From the sequence record MW388002.1: 64,000 bases of DNA; one strand, 5' to 3'. Source of the DNA: Acinetobacter phage Mokit. The translations under genes were made by a program, and so were the position numbers. Positions 61,161-64,000 of this stretch are shown here, piece by piece; the stretch's first letter is position 1; each line of letters starts with the position of its first letter. The notes below the pieces were generated by a model, which made no database searches, was not told where the DNA came from, and was given only the letters and a program-made list of their open reading frames with translations.

Positions 61161-64000
61161 ATGGCATTAGATCCAAATATTAACAGAATTAAACATCTAA
61201 GATCGAGCACTGCCGGTGCAGTGCCTGCACCGTCTTTATTGGATGAAGGCGAAATAGCGGTAAACTTAGTTGATCGTACAATATTTTCAAAGAATGGTGC
61301 AAATGTAGTAGAACTCGGTTTTGGAAAGGGTGGTACTGTAACAGGTCCAATCAATGTTACAGGCGGCAATGCAGTATCAGCTTCACAATTCAACGGCGCT
61401 CTAAATGGCAATGCTGCAACTGCATCAAGACTCCTTACTGGGAGAAAAATTAATGATGTAGTTTTTGATGGTACACGAGATATTACCATTGAAGATTCAA
61501 CTAAACTTTATAAAGAAAATGTATTAACAGAATCAGGCGATTCTCGTGTTATCCGTGATGTTGCTACTATTAGAGCGATGGGTACAGTAAATGGTGCACT
61601 TATTATCCATTTACCTAAGGCAGCTCGTAATGCATCAACAATGATGAAAATTATTGTTCAAGGTTTTGACTATTCTTCTGGGCTCTCTTCTCAAGGACCG
61701 TGGAGTGTGAACCTTACAGGATATAATTATTCTGGGCCAACTTGGCACTCGTATCAAGCTGTGTCTACCGGATCAAAGGCGCCATTTGAACATGTGAGAT
61801 ATGGGCAAGCGGCAGACCACAACGTAATAATTTTAGGTGGCACAAGCGGGGATGCTAGCATCCCTACATCATCTTGGACATATTACAATATATCAATTGA
61901 AAAAATTTATTTAACTGCGGGTAACACTACTCTTTATAATAATCCCGCAGATCCGATTTATCTCACTATTGAAGATTCATTGACTCCGTACAGTGTTCAA
62001 GTTACACTGCCTCTTGAAGGTGTTAACATGGCAGAGTCTTTGCGCACAAAACGTACATTCACTTTTACCGGTGATGCTACAGGTTCTTTAGCATTTGATG
62101 GCACAGCAAATGTTTCTACCGCGTTAACAATTAATTCTGCAACTACAGGACAAGCTGGTTTAGTTAAATTAAACAACACATTAACTTCTACGTCTGTCAC
62201 AGAAGCATTAACTGCTGCTCAAGGTAAAGCACTTCAAGACACTAAAGTCAATAGAAGTGGAGATACCATTTCAGGACGTTTAGTCGTTACTCAAGGTATT
62301 ACTACTCCTAGCATTAGTAATGATGTCACCGTACCAATTAGCTTTTTAGGGCCTAGTGTTAATAATTCAAATGCAGGTGGAATACGCGTAAGAAATTTAG
62401 AAGTAAATAACCAATATGGCGCAGCGACACGTGCATTTGGGATTTTTTCTAAAGAAGGTATAATCGCAGGCGATTCCGCATCATATGCTTCTTTAGCAGA
62501 TATAGGCACTGGCAACAATATCCCATTTAAAGTAAACAACACCAATGTTGTTACAACATATGGCTTTGTGCCTTTCCTTGGAGGTAATGTACAGAGCTCA
62601 TTGGGGTATATGAATGTCGTTTCTATTGGCGTCTATCGTCCAGATCCCCGATGGGATAATTCAGGGATGTACATGTCTATAGGAGCGAATGACAACTATT
62701 CAACAGAAGCTTTCTTGTTCAAAAACGGAAGAACTATTGAAAACACAAATGGGCCTATTATACTTAAAGGTAATGCAGATTCTGCTACTAAACTCCAAAC
62801 ACCTAGAACTATCAATGGTGTTGCTTTTGATGGAACTAGTAACATTCGAATACAGCAATTAGCTGAAGGTATTCCAGCTAATGCGGATTTGAATACATAC
62901 TTAACTGAAGGTTTTTACTACTGCGACACAAACGCAGTGGCTCAAACGATCAAAAATGGACCTTTTACTGGTGGTGCATTCTGCTTATTGGTAGAAAGAA
63001 CTGCTGGCGTTAAACAAACATTTACGATCTATAGTCCTAGTTCTAGTAGAACATGGATCCGTAATATCTACGGCGGTACTACAGGAGCTTGGAGAGAAGT
63101 GGCATATACAGATGCACCAACTTTCACAGGAGCTGGAAGATTTACCGGTGCTTTAACCGTAAATGGAATTACAAACACAACGGGATTAAATAATTCTGGC
63201 GATTTGAGAAGTTCCGGATCTAGTTATTTAGGTAATCAAACAGAATTAGGTACAATTGGTACTGCATCTCAAGTGTATATTGATTTCCATTCAGGCGCTA
63301 GTAATATAGATTATGATGCAAGAATTATGTCTTCTGGCGGAACTACTGCTATAGGAAATGGAGCATTGTCATATATTGCTGCTTCTCATACATTTAATGG
63401 CTCAATAGGCGCAGGAACTATTTCTGCTGCTAGTATTAGTGTATCTACTGGATTAGGTATTGCTAATACTTCTAATACAGTTTTAGCGGGTTTAAGTTTA
63501 TATGGTGGCGCTCAATCTGGTAAACCAAATTACGGCATTACTTTCGCTGGTACCGGTAATGCAGGAACTGGTAAACATGGTGATCTAGACAATGCGTCAT
63601 GGGCAGTATATTTAACTTGTGCCACTGCCGGTGCCGAAAAACGTGGTTGGATTTTCCAACGAAGTGACAACAACACAAATGTAGCATCTATTTCTACTAA
63701 TGGTGTGTTATCGACAAACGGCAATATCCAAACATTAAACGACAATACAATGATTAATGTCGGCAATGATAAAGATCTTGCGCTTGTCAAGAAAAGGGGT
63801 TCTAAAGGATTTATCGGCGTCGGGGCAGATACTCCATTTAGTGTATCTAAATCTAATGCAAATTGGGTTGATCCAACACATACATTTACAGAATTGTTTA
63901 CAGTAAGTTCTGCAGGTGTCGCTAATGCAGTTGGAGGATTCACCGGTACGTTCAGTGGTACATTCAACGGTACTATTAGCGGAACACTTACTGGTTCGCT
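61161..64000 (+). CDS. 37: long tail fibre distal subunit gp37 (3' truncated by window end)
   Basis: Starts MALDPNINRIKHLRSSTAGAVPAPSLLDEGEIAVNLVDRTIFSKNG (T4 gp37 N-terminus …[32 protein letters not shown]…). The frame is open to the window end. Confidence 0.85.
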   Translation, partial: MALDPNINRIKHLRSSTAGAVPAPSLLDEGEIAVNLVDRTIFSKNGANVVELGFGKGGTVTGPINVTGGNAVSASQFNGALNGNAATASRLLTGRKINDVVFDGTRDITIEDSTKLYKENVLTESGDSRVIRDVATIRAMGTVNGALIIHLPKAARNASTMMKIIVQGFDYSSGLSSQGPWSVNLTGYNYSGPTWHSYQAVSTGSKAPFEHVRYGQAADHNVIILGGTSGDASIPTSSWTYYNISIEKIYLTAGNTTLYNNPADPIYLTIEDSLTPYSVQVTLPLEGVNMAESLRTKRTFTFTGDATGSLAFDGTANVSTALTINSATTGQAGLVKLNNTLTSTSVTEALTAAQGKALQDTKVNRSGDTISGRLVVTQGITTPSISNDVTVPISFLGPSVNNSNAGGIRVRNLEVNNQYGAATRAFGIFSKEGIIAGDSASYASLADIGTGNNIPFKVNNTNVVTTYGFVPFLGGNVQSSLGYMNVVSIGVYRPDPRWDNSGMYMSIGANDNYSTEAFLFKNGRTIENTNGPIILKGNADSATKLQTPRTINGVAFDGTSNIRIQQLAEGIPANADLNTYLTEGFYYCDTNAVAQTIKNGPFTGGAFCLLVERTAGVKQTFTIYSPSSSRTWIRNIYGGTTGAWREVAYTDAPTFTGAGRFTGALTVNGITNTTGLNNSGDLRSSGSSYLGNQTELGTIGTASQVYIDFHSGASNIDYDARIMSSGGTTAIGNGALSYIAASHTFNGSIGAGTISAASISVSTGLGIANTSNTVLAGLSLYGGAQSGKPNYGITFAGTGNAGTGKHGDLDNASWAVYLTCATAGAEKRGWIFQRSDNNTNVASISTNGVLSTNGNIQTLNDNTMINVGNDKDLALVKKRGSKGFIGVGADTPFSVSKSNANWVDPTHTFTELFTVSSAGVANAVGGFTGTFSGTFNGTISGTLTGS

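Overview
This window is a near-colinear 64 kb segment of a T4-like (Tevenvirinae) myovirus genome, roughly 35% GC. It runs from the 3' part of a fibritin (wac)-like gene through genes 13-24 and the hoc/inh/uvsW block into the baseplate-hub cluster (25, 26, 51, 27, 28, 29, 48, 54). It continues with alt, a leftward early/nucleotide-metabolism block (ligase 30, 31, cd, pseT, rnlA, nrdB, nrdA, td, frd, 32, 59, 33, dsbA, rnh), and the long-tail-fibre genes 34-37, with gene 37 cut by the window end.

I identified the core proteins by recalled alignment to T4 proteins and by diagnostic motifs. These include the terminase Walker A SRQLGKT, UvsW GKS/DEMH, the ligase motif KADGAR, the Rnl1 motif KEDGS, the Pnk motifs GAPGSGKST and DLDGT, the Alt R/STS/ExE triad, the thymidylate synthase PCH, the DHFR motif MPW…GSKTF, and HAE/PCxxC in the dCMP deaminase.

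The regulatory layer is also T4-like. Several TATAAATA late promoters are present, two of them inside hairpin loops and two as back-to-back palindromic pairs. Rho-independent terminators follow wac, 23, 24, uvsW, alt, nrdB and 32.

The accessory features I rate as most worth follow-up are:
- gp27 carrying a C-terminal CHAP-type peptidase domain;
- a 1092-aa Hoc with about ten Ig-like domains;
- a 146-aa ORF wedged between the terminase subunits;
- an HNH endonuclease between genes 18 and 19, and a MobE-like HNH between nrdA and nrdB;
- a NADAR-like protein plus a HAD hydrolase beside the ligase, with Alt and a Nudix gene nearby, giving an ADP-ribose theme;
- a ~53-nt sequence repeated in two leader regions;
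- a structured 290-bp non-coding region where T4 has denA;
- replacement of the uvsY block by unrelated small ORFs, including two Zn-ribbon mini-proteins.

I found no CRISPR array, rRNA or convincing tRNA, and no group I introns in td or nrdB.
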